Shown: positions 53,272-61,647 of the stretch, piece by piece
Layout of the letters: each line of letters starts with the position of its first letter
How positions within the stretch are numbered: the first letter of the stretch is position 1
Assembly (NCBI GenBank): GCA_049509455.1
Contig: JBEKZX010000004.1
Location: forward strand, 1 to 61,647
Direction: 5' to 3'
DNA: 61,647 bases
Origin: Conexivisphaerales archaeon
GTDB taxonomy: Archaea; Thermoproteota; Nitrososphaeria; Conexivisphaerales; DTJL01
Notes under the pieces: generated by a model
What the model was told of the DNA's origin: nothing
The model's database searches: none
The model's input: the letters and a program-made list of their open reading frames with translations, nothing else
Program-made: the position numbers and the translations under genes

Positions 53272-54507
53272 TTGACCGCCGAGATGCCCTTCCAAGAGGT
53301 GGCCTCACGCCCAGCTCGCGGCTTCCTTTCGGGCATTCCCCAGCGGGTCCTCCTCCTCATCGTCGTGATGGCCGTCAACAACTTCGGTTTCAGCTACCTC
53401 TCCATAGTCCTGTCGGCCTACCTCCCTCAGCTGGGCGTCTCCGTTCTGACGGTCGGGTTCATCCTCGGCGCCGATGGCCTTTCGATGGCTGTCCTGACGA
53501 TACCGCTAGGCATCCTCTCAGATCGGAGGGGGAGGAAGTGGATACTCATACTGGGCTCAATGGGGGCGGCGCCCGTCTTCTTTATCGTGGCTCTCACGCT
53601 CAACCCGTTCCTGCTCGTCCTTGCGGCGGCTATAGCCGGGGTCACTCAGGGGGCCTACATGTCGACCGTGAACGCGCTGATAGCCGACCAGACCACCGCG
53701 CAGAATCGGAACTCCGCCTTCGCCGCCTCCTTCGTGATAGCGGGGACCGGTGGCAGCCTCGGGGCAGCCCTCCCCTTCTTCATACCCTCCCTCGCGTCCG
53801 TGCTCTCCGTGGGCGTTCGCTCGACTCACATGGGTCTCCTCCTGTTCTTCGGCACCGTTTCGCTCTTCACCCCCCTTGCCCTCTTCCTGATCCTCCGGAA
53901 CTACCATGAGACCGCGAGACCCGCGGGGAAGCTCTGGAAGGGGAAGAGCACCGCCAACCTTCTGAAGTTCTCCTCCATCAACAGCCTCATAGGCCTGGGG
54001 GCGGGCTTCATCATTCCTCTCATCCCCACCTGGCTGCTGTTAAGGTTCTCCATCCCCGACACGTACAGCGGCCCGATCCTCGCCTTCTCGTCCCTGACCA
54101 TAGGATTGGCGGCCGTATTCAGCCCGAGGCTGGCGAGGAGGTTCGGCCAGGTGAACGCCATAGCCATGACACAGGGCCTCTCCTTGGTCTTTATGGTCTC
54201 CGTCGCCTACGCAGGCAATCCGACCCTCGCCTGCTCCCTCTACATCGTGAGAGCTATACTCATGAACATGGCCTCGCCACTTTCGGACTCCTTCCTCATG
54301 GGCATCGTCGCCCCTGAGGAGAGGGGCTTCGCCAGCTCCGTCAACGCGGTCGTCTGGAACGTGCCCAACAGCGTGACCACCATATTCGGCGCCGCCATCC
54401 TCAGGTCGGGCGACTACGTCCTCCCCTTCCTTCTTGCGGGGAGCCTCTATGCTATCGCAATACCCCTCTTCTACGCCGTCTTCAGGAAGACCACGCTCAC
54501 CAGCTAG
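53272..54507 (+). CDS. MFS transporter
   Basis: GILSDRRGRK motif A, ~12 TM segments, PEERG. Confidence 0.9.
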   Translation: MTAEMPFQEVASRPARGFLSGIPQRVLLLIVVMAVNNFGFSYLSIVLSAYLPQLGVSVLTVGFILGADGLSMAVLTIPLGILSDRRGRKWILILGSMGAAPVFFIVALTLNPFLLVLAAAIAGVTQGAYMSTVNALIADQTTAQNRNSAFAASFVIAGTGGSLGAALPFFIPSLASVLSVGVRSTHMGLLLFFGTVSLFTPLALFLILRNYHETARPAGKLWKGKSTANLLKFSSINSLIGLGAGFIIPLIPTWLLLRFSIPDTYSGPILAFSSLTIGLAAVFSPRLARRFGQVNAIAMTQGLSLVFMVSVAYAGNPTLACSLYIVRAILMNMASPLSDSFLMGIVAPEERGFASSVNAVVWNVPNSVTTIFGAAILRSGDYVLPFLLAGSLYAIAIPLFYAVFRKTTLTS

Positions 54508-54589
54508 TCCCAAGGCTTCAGGCTAGACTCTAGGAGCCTTGGCCTATGGATTGCGACTACCTAACTGGCGGCTCCCCCTCGGCGGGGTT

Positions 54590-54800
54590 GGCGGGGACGA
54601 TTGGGACGAAGCCGGTGGTCTTCGTGGCGTTTCGCACTGGCTCGCAGGGGTTCTCGAAAACACCGACCAAACCGTCCTCGACCGGGCACGATAGTAGACA
54701 CCGGTTTAGCCGAGGATCGACAGGGCAGCGAGAGCGCACCAGGCCCATGAGGACGTTCTCCTCGCCCAGTATCCTTCCCCAACTTCGCAGAACCCCGCCC
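54590..54800 (-). pseudogene. Possible N-terminal relic of an FAD-binding (GlcD-like) oxidoreductase
   Basis: RILGEENVL...FVPIVP resemblance only. Confidence 0.25.
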
Positions 54801-54848
54801 TGAATCAATAAATACCGGGCTGCCAGGAAATCGAACCGATCTAAATTG

Positions 54849-54992
54849 ATGAGAGACCCGATATGCGGGATGATGGTTGATGAGAAGAAGACCAAACTAA
54901 AGTCTGAGTACGGCGACCATACCTACTATTTCTGCAGCGTCATGTGCAAGAATGCATTCGACAAAGACCCAAAACAAGTACGCCCACATTAA
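54849..54992 (+). CDS. 47-aa YHS/TRASH metal-binding protein (below the ORF-track cutoff)
   Basis: MRDPICGMMVD...YYFCSVMCKNAFDKDP; AATAAATA upstream. Confidence 0.82.
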   Translation: MRDPICGMMVDEKKTKLKSEYGDHTYYFCSVMCKNAFDKDPKQVRPH

Positions 54993-55612
54993 GCAGAAGT
55001 CGGGCTAGTGTACCAGCGAGATGCGCCGAGCTAAGAACATGTCAGAGCTCGGCGAAGCAGACATCGGGTCATGTCAATCTCGAAGTTGCACCTATACTTG
55101 CAGTTGACGACAATCACCGCTTCCCACCTCCACTTTGTCAGTATCTCCTCCGTCCGGAACGTTGCCGTGCTGAGGTAGAAGAGAAATGCATTAACCGGTA
55201 GAAGAATTGCGGAAATGATGAGAAGGTTGGTCGTGTTAAGGGATATAATCGCGATCCCGCTCGACGACGAATATCTTCCCAACGGCGGAACCAGGATAGC
55301 CCAAACCCCTCATTCGCGCATCCTCCAGTGGCTTTCATTCGAACGTCCAAGACTGCGCTTCAATGAGCCTTGCCTTTAATGCAGTCTAATAAGAGACAGG
55401 CGTGAGACAAACGGCATTCCTGGATATTACTTGAAGCTTGAAGCACAAACCAAATGTACCATTCTATCCCCGTTTGCAGAACATGTCAGGCTAGCCATCA
55501 TTGATTCATCAATGACGATTCCCGTCGGAGCCGCAATGAGCGAAGCGCAATCTCACAAAAGTCATTTTGGGGATCTAATAGCCTCTGCTTCACTCTTGGG
55601 CTGATTCGCGGG

Positions 55613-56128
55613 TCATTTTGTCCCCTCGAGCACCTTGGCAAGGCGCGTCTTAGTGGTGCGGTTAGTCAGCGGGCCGTTGGAGAGCGAAGTGTTGCTGATC
55701 ACTATTATGGCGTCATCCTCAGCTTGGACCCATGTGCTCCTAAAGCCAATCTTTACAACCTTGCCCTTGATTGCGCTGTACTCTATTTCGTCTCCCAAGC
55801 GAAGCACGTTGTCGTGAAACATCAGGATGCCCGAGATGATGTTCGAGAGTGTGGTCTGGAGCGCCAACGAGATCGCCAAACCCCCCACCCCCGAGACCGC
55901 AAGCGTGGTAAATTCGGATGTCAGTCCGGTGAACCTTGCGATGCCCGTCACGGCGATAGCGATCATCAGGACGCTCAGCCCCTCTCTTATGTCCCGGATT
56001 ATCGCCGGAGCCACGCCGGCCTTCCTCGCCAATCTAGCGATGATCCTGATGGCGACCTCTCCAACAGCAAAGGTCGCGGCAGCGATGAGTATGATACCTG
56101 CTATCGTCAGGACAAGTGTATCGGCCAT
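55613..56128 (-). CDS. mscS: Minimal MscS mechanosensitive channel
   Basis: GLAISLALQTTLSNIISG, LGDEIE, GKVVKIGFRST. Confidence 0.85.
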   Translation of the reverse strand: MADTLVLTIAGIILIAAATFAVGEVAIRIIARLARKAGVAPAIIRDIREGLSVLMIAIAVTGIARFTGLTSEFTTLAVSGVGGLAISLALQTTLSNIISGILMFHDNVLRLGDEIEYSAIKGKVVKIGFRSTWVQAEDDAIIVISNTSLSNGPLTNRTTKTRLAKVLEGTK

Positions 56129-56251
56129 CAGTCATTTCGCTCGTGACGACGATATGTTAAACCTTTGGCAATTCCGCCTTGCAAGTCACCAAGCATGATT
56201 GCTCATGGCGAGCTGGCACATGGCAAAAACGGTACAAACGTAGCAATCATG

Positions 56252-56785
56252 CTAGCGCATCCGACTAAGAGATAGTGCGGACTGCTCCGTTCTCTCCCAC
56301 TGCTCACGCCAGTATCTCCTTCTAGACCTCCAGAACAGCAATCGGGCCACGAACAACGCGAGCATGATGACCAATAGAATGATAAGGAACTCTCCCGGAA
56401 AGAACCCACCCTTGAGAACGAAAAAGTAAAACAGCACAACGGCGACAATGATACCGATCGGCAGCATGAGCAAGATCCCGAAAACGCGCGTCCAGGTCGG
56501 CGGACCCCCTCTACCCCCCGCGCCGCCTCCACCGCCTCCATGCCCTCCTTTGGCACGTTGCTCTTGGATCTGTTTAAGCCGCTCTTCATTCAGATAATAC
56601 TTGCCGTTTACTTCAACGAAGATGCCTGACTGACTAAGTCTTCGATGCATAGCTTCCTCAAAGCGCGGCGGCAGACCCAGCTCCTGAATGGTCATGGCTT
56701 TTTCCGGGCTGTTAGCCCCCTTTTGACGGAACCTCTCAATCAGCTCTTGCAGTCGTCGGCGCGTTTCCCCTCGATCTCCAAACAT
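56252..56785 (-). CDS. Membrane-anchored protein (soluble wHTH-like N-domain, Gly-rich linker, 2 TM)
   Basis: Clean ORF 11 bp downstream of the AbrB-family gene. Confidence 0.75.
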   Translation of the reverse strand: MFGDRGETRRRLQELIERFRQKGANSPEKAMTIQELGLPPRFEEAMHRRLSQSGIFVEVNGKYYLNEERLKQIQEQRAKGGHGGGGGGAGGRGGPPTWTRVFGILLMLPIGIIVAVVLFYFFVLKGGFFPGEFLIILLVIMLALFVARLLFWRSRRRYWREQWERTEQSALSLSRMR

Positions 56786-56796
56786 CCGGTTTCCTC

Positions 56797-57042
56797 TCAG
56801 TGTGTTGTTTCGGGTTCTTCTTCTGCGACTTCAAGTCCTTGCATAATCTTTTCCGCGAGTTCCCTCATGGCGTCGGCCTTAACCATGGCGATGCCGCGGC
56901 GGTTCCTGCCAGCCATGACGAACAGAAGGTCGCCCGGTTTGATGTCGAGTTCCTTTCGGGCTTCAGCGGGGATGACCACTTGTCCTCTGTCGCCTACTCT
57001 TGCGGTTCCGTAGAGGCGTCTATCTCTTCTTCTTTCACTCAT
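56797..57042 (-). CDS. AbrB/MazE/SpoVT-family DNA-binding protein
   Basis: VGDRGQVVIPAEARKELDIKPGD. Confidence 0.88.
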   Translation of the reverse strand: MSERRRDRRLYGTARVGDRGQVVIPAEARKELDIKPGDLLFVMAGRNRRGIAMVKADAMRELAEKIMQGLEVAEEEPETTH

Positions 57043-57114
57043 GCTTACACACTTTTCCTACATTTCCAACTAATATGAAGATGCATTTAAGGACTTTCCC
57101 AAATTCGCAAGCGC

Positions 57115-57318
57115 ATGCGGACGGAGCAGCACAGGTATCCCGGTCTCTCTACGCCCGGAGCCATGCGTGTCTCCTCTAGGGATAGGGCCCACTCCAGGTT
57201 GACGGAAAACAGCCTCTGCGGTGACTTCTGTGGGAGCCTAGCATTTGGCCTCGAAAAGACGAAGGGTGGAAGATATCTTTGCTCCAACTGTGCCTACCTT
57301 GAGAGGATGCAAGGGTAG
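57115..57318 (+). CDS. Putative small zinc-finger protein (start uncertain)
   Basis: CGDFCG...YLCSNC. Confidence 0.4.
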   Translation: MRTEQHRYPGLSTPGAMRVSSRDRAHSRLTENSLCGDFCGSLAFGLEKTKGGRYLCSNCAYLERMQG

Positions 57319-57445
57319 GAGCTTTGTCCACTGCCTGTGAGGACGAGAGCTAGCTGGCCTTGAGGGTATCGTATTCCTTCCGGCAGCCAGGGGAATCCAA
57401 GCTTCGGTTCAACGTTGTCCGCTGACTTTGTAGGCTGTTAAGGAG

Positions 57446-57718
57446 TTGGTGCTGATATATGTCTGGGACATGCTGCCGCCTGACTTCTTGAAGCACCTCA
57501 AAGGGGGAGGGGTGCGCCCGCCGCACTGCAGGGTCTGCACCCATGCAGCCAACTTAGAGAGGGAGCTGGTCTGTCTAGAGTATGGAGCGTACGTCCTCCT
57601 CTACTCATCATGCAGCTCCTTTGAAAGGAGGGAGAAGGGACTCCCCGTGGTTGAAAAGAATGAGGTCCAAGGGAAGTTCGAATCGGGACTCGTCAACATG
57701 AGAGGCCGGAAGGGGTAA
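57446..57718 (+). CDS. Small Cys-rich hypothetical protein
   Basis: CRVCTH...C...CSSFE. Confidence 0.4.
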   Translation: MVLIYVWDMLPPDFLKHLKGGGVRPPHCRVCTHAANLERELVCLEYGAYVLLYSSCSSFERREKGLPVVEKNEVQGKFESGLVNMRGRKG

Positions 57719-57924
57719 TCAATCATGATGGTATTGATTTCTTTTCCAGCAGCAACAGCTATTCAAGCGCCATTACTTGGCCCTAAGGCGCTAGATTGAG
57801 CCTGGGGAAGGTCCCTAGTGAGGTGAGCTTATCATGCCGGTATCTGTCCCAAGGTGTGCTACCCCAAGGGGGAAGGCTTTAGTGCAAGGAGAGGGTCTCC
57901 GGGATACCTCCATGTGATCGGAGA

Positions 57925-58275
57925 ACGGCGATAAAGGGGTCGGAATGGGTCGCAGTCGCCCTGATAGGGTGGGCGTTCATATCTGAAACTGACAAGCTCC
58001 CCGACAGGGTGCGGTCCGTCTACAAGGCGAAAGAGCAGTTCGACCAGCTCACCGCCCAGGCGAAGGAGGCCATGGACAGAGCCATGAAGAACCTGGAGGC
58101 GGAGGGAGCCGACGCGAAGGCCTCTCCTGTTCTCTCCAGCGAATCCGAGACCGATGGTTCTCCCTCCCTGATCGACCTCGCTCGCAGGCTCAACGTCCCC
58201 ACCGAAGGAAGGACTGCCGAGAAGATCGTCGACTCCATCGCGAGCCACGCCGTCCATACGGCGCAGCCCTCCTAG
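57925..58275 (+). pseudogene. Degenerate TatA-like protein (ACG at the expected start, TM segment disrupted)
   Basis: xAIKGSEWVAVAL...KLPDRVRSVYKAKEQF and C-terminal LARRLNVPTEGRTAEKI. Confidence 0.55.
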
Positions 58276-58518
58276 GTCGAAAGGCAGCTCAGGCTCCCCG
58301 CGGAGGAGACCTCTGGCTCTTCGTGTTCCTAGGGCAGATCAAACGAAGGCTGCTCATCCGTTCTATCACATTGTTTCCGCACAACTAATATAACCTCACT
58401 CGAAACGGGAACCAATCAATGAATATGCAGCAGCACGGACCCAACCGGAGCTCAGAGAAGATCCCCCTGGATTCGACTGCTTGGCATCGCCGGTTTGAGT
58501 CTTGAGATAGAGGAGGAG

Positions 58519-59484
58519 ATGGGAGTGAAGGCAATCCGAGTTCACGAGTTTGGTGGTCCTGAGGTTATGCGGCTAGAGGAGATGCCAAATCTTTATCCCG
58601 GCCCCAAGCAGGTCCTCGTCAGCGTCAAGGCGGCAGGCGTCAATCCCACCGACACCTACACAAGGGCAGGCACCTCGAGGAGGCCTCTTTTGCCCTACAC
58701 GCCTGGGATTGATGCGGCGGGCATCGTCGAATCCGTTGGAGAAGACGTCACGGCCGCGAAAGTTGGCACGCGCGTGTACGTAGCCGGCACGATAAGCGGC
58801 GCGTATGCGGAGGAGGCGCTCTGCGAGGAGTACCAGGTACACCGGCTACCCGAGAGGTTGTCGTTCGCCCAAGGCGCGGCAATCGGCGTTCCCTATGCTA
58901 CCGCCTACCGCGCCCTCTTTCAGCTTGCCAGGGCAGCGCCGGGGGAGACCGTCCTCGTCCATGGGGCGACAGGCGGCGTCGGCACGGCTGCGACTCAGAT
59001 GGCGTGTGCTGCGAGAATGCGAGTCATCGGAACGGGGGGGACCGAAAGAGGGAGGGCTATGGTGGTTGAACAGGGAGCTCAACATGTGTTGGACCATCGC
59101 GCACCAGGCTACCTCGATCAGATTCAGGCACTGACCGAGGGCCGCGGCGTCGATGTGATCCTGGAGATGCTAGCGAACGTCAATCTCGACAGGGACCTGA
59201 AGGTCCTGGCGATGGGCGGGCGCGTGGTCGTAATCGGCAGCAGAGGCAGGGTAGAGATCGATCCCCGCGACGCGATGATACGCGATGCTTCGATCCAAGG
59301 CATTCTTCTCTTCAACGTTACGCAGGAAGAGGCGACGGGCATTCATGCTGCCCTCGCTGAGGGGCTGGAAAACGGAACGCTTCGCCCTGTCGTCGGTAAG
59401 GAGATCCCGCTTGTGGATGCGCCTCGTGCCCACCGCGAGATACTGGAACCTGGCGCCTTCGGCAAGACGGTCCTGATACCGTGA
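58519..59484 (+). CDS. qor: NADPH:quinone reductase (zeta-crystallin/Qor)
   Basis: AAGVNP.D, PYTPG.D.AG, HGATGGVG; AGGAGG RBS. Confidence 0.9.
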   Translation: MGVKAIRVHEFGGPEVMRLEEMPNLYPGPKQVLVSVKAAGVNPTDTYTRAGTSRRPLLPYTPGIDAAGIVESVGEDVTAAKVGTRVYVAGTISGAYAEEALCEEYQVHRLPERLSFAQGAAIGVPYATAYRALFQLARAAPGETVLVHGATGGVGTAATQMACAARMRVIGTGGTERGRAMVVEQGAQHVLDHRAPGYLDQIQALTEGRGVDVILEMLANVNLDRDLKVLAMGGRVVVIGSRGRVEIDPRDAMIRDASIQGILLFNVTQEEATGIHAALAEGLENGTLRPVVGKEIPLVDAPRAHREILEPGAFGKTVLIP

Positions 59485-59681
59485 GGCATTCGGTCGCGAG
59501 TGCCCGCGTCCGATTGCCACCCGCAGGAGAGGATAGTAATCTTGACACGAGCCTGAGGCGTCGACAGAAGGACTACTAAGGAAATCCTTGAGCCTCCCCG
59601 GCGTTACTTTAGTAGCAGCCCTTGAAGCGTGGTCATGAGCTTCATCCTGATACGGTTGGCCTGGAAGCCGGTTTCGCTTGC

Positions 59682-60635
59682 TCACGGGCCGACGTAGCTC
59701 AGCTTTAGCCTTTCGTATTTCAGAGTCAGCTGTATCGCGAAGTCCGAGGCCTCGATGGCCACAGCGGGAGAGGGCACCTGCAATTCGCTTCTTGGGGTCG
59801 CTCGCACCCTGGCTCGCGCCTTGATGAGTTTGAGATACTTCACTCGCTCTTCCTCGTCCAACATCGTCAGAGTGTCCACCAGGAAATGGAGGTGATAGAC
59901 TGCCTGGCTGACGTCCAGCGCCAGAGCCCGCATCTTAGAGGGCGGGTAGCCCATGGCGTATTCGTCCGGCTTCAGCATCTTCTGAAGCAGGTCGGTGCTG
60001 TCCGAACCGAAGGCCGCCGACAGCCACAGCGCTCCGACCTCGCCTGCGACGGTGGCCCAGTCGGCCAGCACATCCTCCACCAGCTGGCCGGACATCTCGA
60101 TGGACGCAACGTAATCGCCGCGCGCAATGGCGTCTTCGGAGGCCAGGGCGGTTTCCCTCCAGGGCTGGTTCTTGATCTGAAGGGCTAGAGACAGGTCCTT
60201 CCATGGCACTCCGATGACATCTTCACAGAGCGTCACGATGAGCTGCTCCACATCGCCGACCCTTCCTGAGACGTCTGAATCTATGAGGGCTTGGTGGTAG
60301 ATCGCGTTCCTGGCGTTCTCGACGGCCCAGACCAGGTTCAACTGCTCCGCGCTCAGCGCCGAGTCCGGAGCCACCCTGTCAACGACCTTCTTGGCGTCCT
60401 CGACCAGATTGGCGAACTTCATCTTGTCAATCCCGTCCAAGTATTGACCGGTGAATCCGACGGCGTGTCCCTTCTCGCGCAGAATGGACCTGAACGTCCA
60501 TTCCAAGGCCTGGTGGGCCTCGAGGATTGACAGCATCTGGTTGAATCTGGCGTCGACGGCCGAATTGTAAGCCGCGCTTTCGACTAGAGCCCTCAGCAGC
60601 AGGAGCTTCTCTTTGACGCCTACGGAGGCCTTCAT
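59682..60635 (-). CDS. Helical protein with a HEPN-like R-x4-H motif
   Basis: HQALE...ARNAIYH; TTTAAG box upstream. Confidence 0.6.
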   Translation of the reverse strand: MKASVGVKEKLLLLRALVESAAYNSAVDARFNQMLSILEAHQALEWTFRSILREKGHAVGFTGQYLDGIDKMKFANLVEDAKKVVDRVAPDSALSAEQLNLVWAVENARNAIYHQALIDSDVSGRVGDVEQLIVTLCEDVIGVPWKDLSLALQIKNQPWRETALASEDAIARGDYVASIEMSGQLVEDVLADWATVAGEVGALWLSAAFGSDSTDLLQKMLKPDEYAMGYPPSKMRALALDVSQAVYHLHFLVDTLTMLDEEERVKYLKLIKARARVRATPRSELQVPSPAVAIEASDFAIQLTLKYERLKLSYVGP

Positions 60636-60794
60636 GGTGACGATAAGGACTCTCTTCCTATATTACTTAAACATTGAAGTCGTCGACTCGGGAACGAGGA
60701 ACCTATGATGCGCATTGAATAGCGGTCAACGGTGACGCCTCCGAATCGGGACGAGCACGGCTCCAGTGTCCGATTCGCCGTTGGCCAGAAAGAA

Positions 60795-60925
60795 GCTCCA
60801 CCCGCTATGCTTAACCGTGCTCGTGCATCAGATCTATGGCCTGGACGACTACATCAAGTCCGTCTCAGCCGAGCTCGCTACGGCGGGCTTCAGCGTGGCG
60901 GCTGTCAACCTGTCCAGGGACTATC
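60795..60925 (+). pseudogene. Dienelactone hydrolase N-terminal fragment
   Basis: VLVHQIYGLDDYIKSVSAELATAGFSVAAVNL. Confidence 0.6.
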
Positions 60926-61384
60926 GGGGGCGCCTTTCTCGCAGGTAGAGAGCATTTGGGCTCTATTGGCATAAAGAAGTTCCTGCCCTAGTTGACGAGG
61001 ATGCCTATTCGGACTCGGTGAGCTTTGCCCAAACGATGTGCGCATCGTTGACAATACTTAATGGCACATACACTCTAGAATCCTGAATAGACGATGGAGG
61101 GTGGAAGCTCTTTTCAAATCGTACCTTCGGCTTACTTCTAGGAGTCGCAGTGGTCTCATCAGCATTAGGCGATCTTCTCGCTAAACGTGCCGATTTGCGA
61201 CCACCTTCCATTGACCCGGCGCGACGTAGTTGCCATCCCAGGAATGCCCGCAATTTAGCTCAACAGGTGTGGCCACAGCTTCATCTGATTAAACAGGATG
61301 ATGAGGTCAATCCGCTCAGACTCAAGTAGATACCAGAGCCCCTGCAAGGTACTTTACAGGGTCCAGCGAGAATCGCTGTGCATT

Positions 61385-61403
61385 TGTTATACGGTTTATA
61401 ACA
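61385..61403. promoter_or_regulatory. Perfect 7-5-7 inverted repeat, candidate operator
   Basis: TGTTATA-CGGTT-TATAACA. Confidence 0.5.
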
Positions 61404-61521
61404 TTGGTCATTCCTTCAGATGGAGTTTATGAATTATCGTGGAAGAATGTATCAAGCATATGTTAAGCTGAATAGGTTACCTAATGACTTATATCGCTGA
61501 TGAACGATATATATAACCAAT

Positions 61522-61647
61522 ATGTCAACAGAAGGACAAGACGAATCTAAGAATGCTAGTAAAGTATCTCGCAGAAACTTCGTAATCGGTGTCGGCGCAG
61601 GGGTGGTAGTGGCTGCCATCGCTGGAGCCGGCGCTGAATCATTGCTC
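61522..61647 (+). CDS. Tat-exported protein, N-terminus only
   Basis: MSTEGQDESKNASKVSRRNFVIGVGAGVVVAAIAG with twin-arginine SRRNFV; TTATAT upstream. Confidence 0.8.
   Translation, partial: MSTEGQDESKNASKVSRRNFVIGVGAGVVVAAIAGAGAESLL

Noticed and set aside
55000-55610. Lower-GC gap with short ORFs
   Set aside because: No recognisable protein motif or RNA structure
56797-57042. Classical VapBC/MazEF toxin-antitoxin pair
   Set aside because: No PIN or MazF gene is adjacent
57676-57684. GTTCGAATC as a tRNA fragment or att site of a tRNA-Gln island
   Set aside because: Only 9 bp with no flanking stem or acceptor match, and no integrase nearby

Overview
High-GC archaeal chromosome segment, most consistent with a non-ammonia-oxidising Nitrososphaerota (Thaumarchaeota) lineage. 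The taxon is inferred from GatDE, tRNA introns with bulge-helix-bulge (BHB) motifs, TATA/BRE promoters with leaderless starts, form III RuBisCO and bacterial-type MetK. Left to right: (1) a tyrosine integrase running off the left edge, abutting the 3' end of an intron-containing tRNA-Arg(CCG); (2) a catabolic block (MutS-like ATPase, P5C dehydrogenase, acyl-CoA dehydrogenase, 2-oxoacid:ferredoxin oxidoreductase, Ldh_2 dehydrogenase); (3) a glycosylation island preceded by a ~125-bp duplicate of a gene 3' end that brackets relics of another glycosylation cluster; (4) gatDE, three adjacent small winged-helix genes, a stand-alone nurA-herA pair, an HTH-ferritin fusion divergent from an atypical NRAMP transporter, glyS, rbcL, GTP-PEPCK and AlaX; (5) a tRNA-Gln(CTG) with two introns, one at the unusual 10/11 position, whose leader and second intron are complementary to the tRNA itself; (6) an accessory region with many gene relics, a P-type ATPase, MetK, MFS, MscS, a YHS micro-protein and a HEPN-motif protein. 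No CRISPR array or rRNA was seen. All calls come from motif recognition by eye, with no database search.
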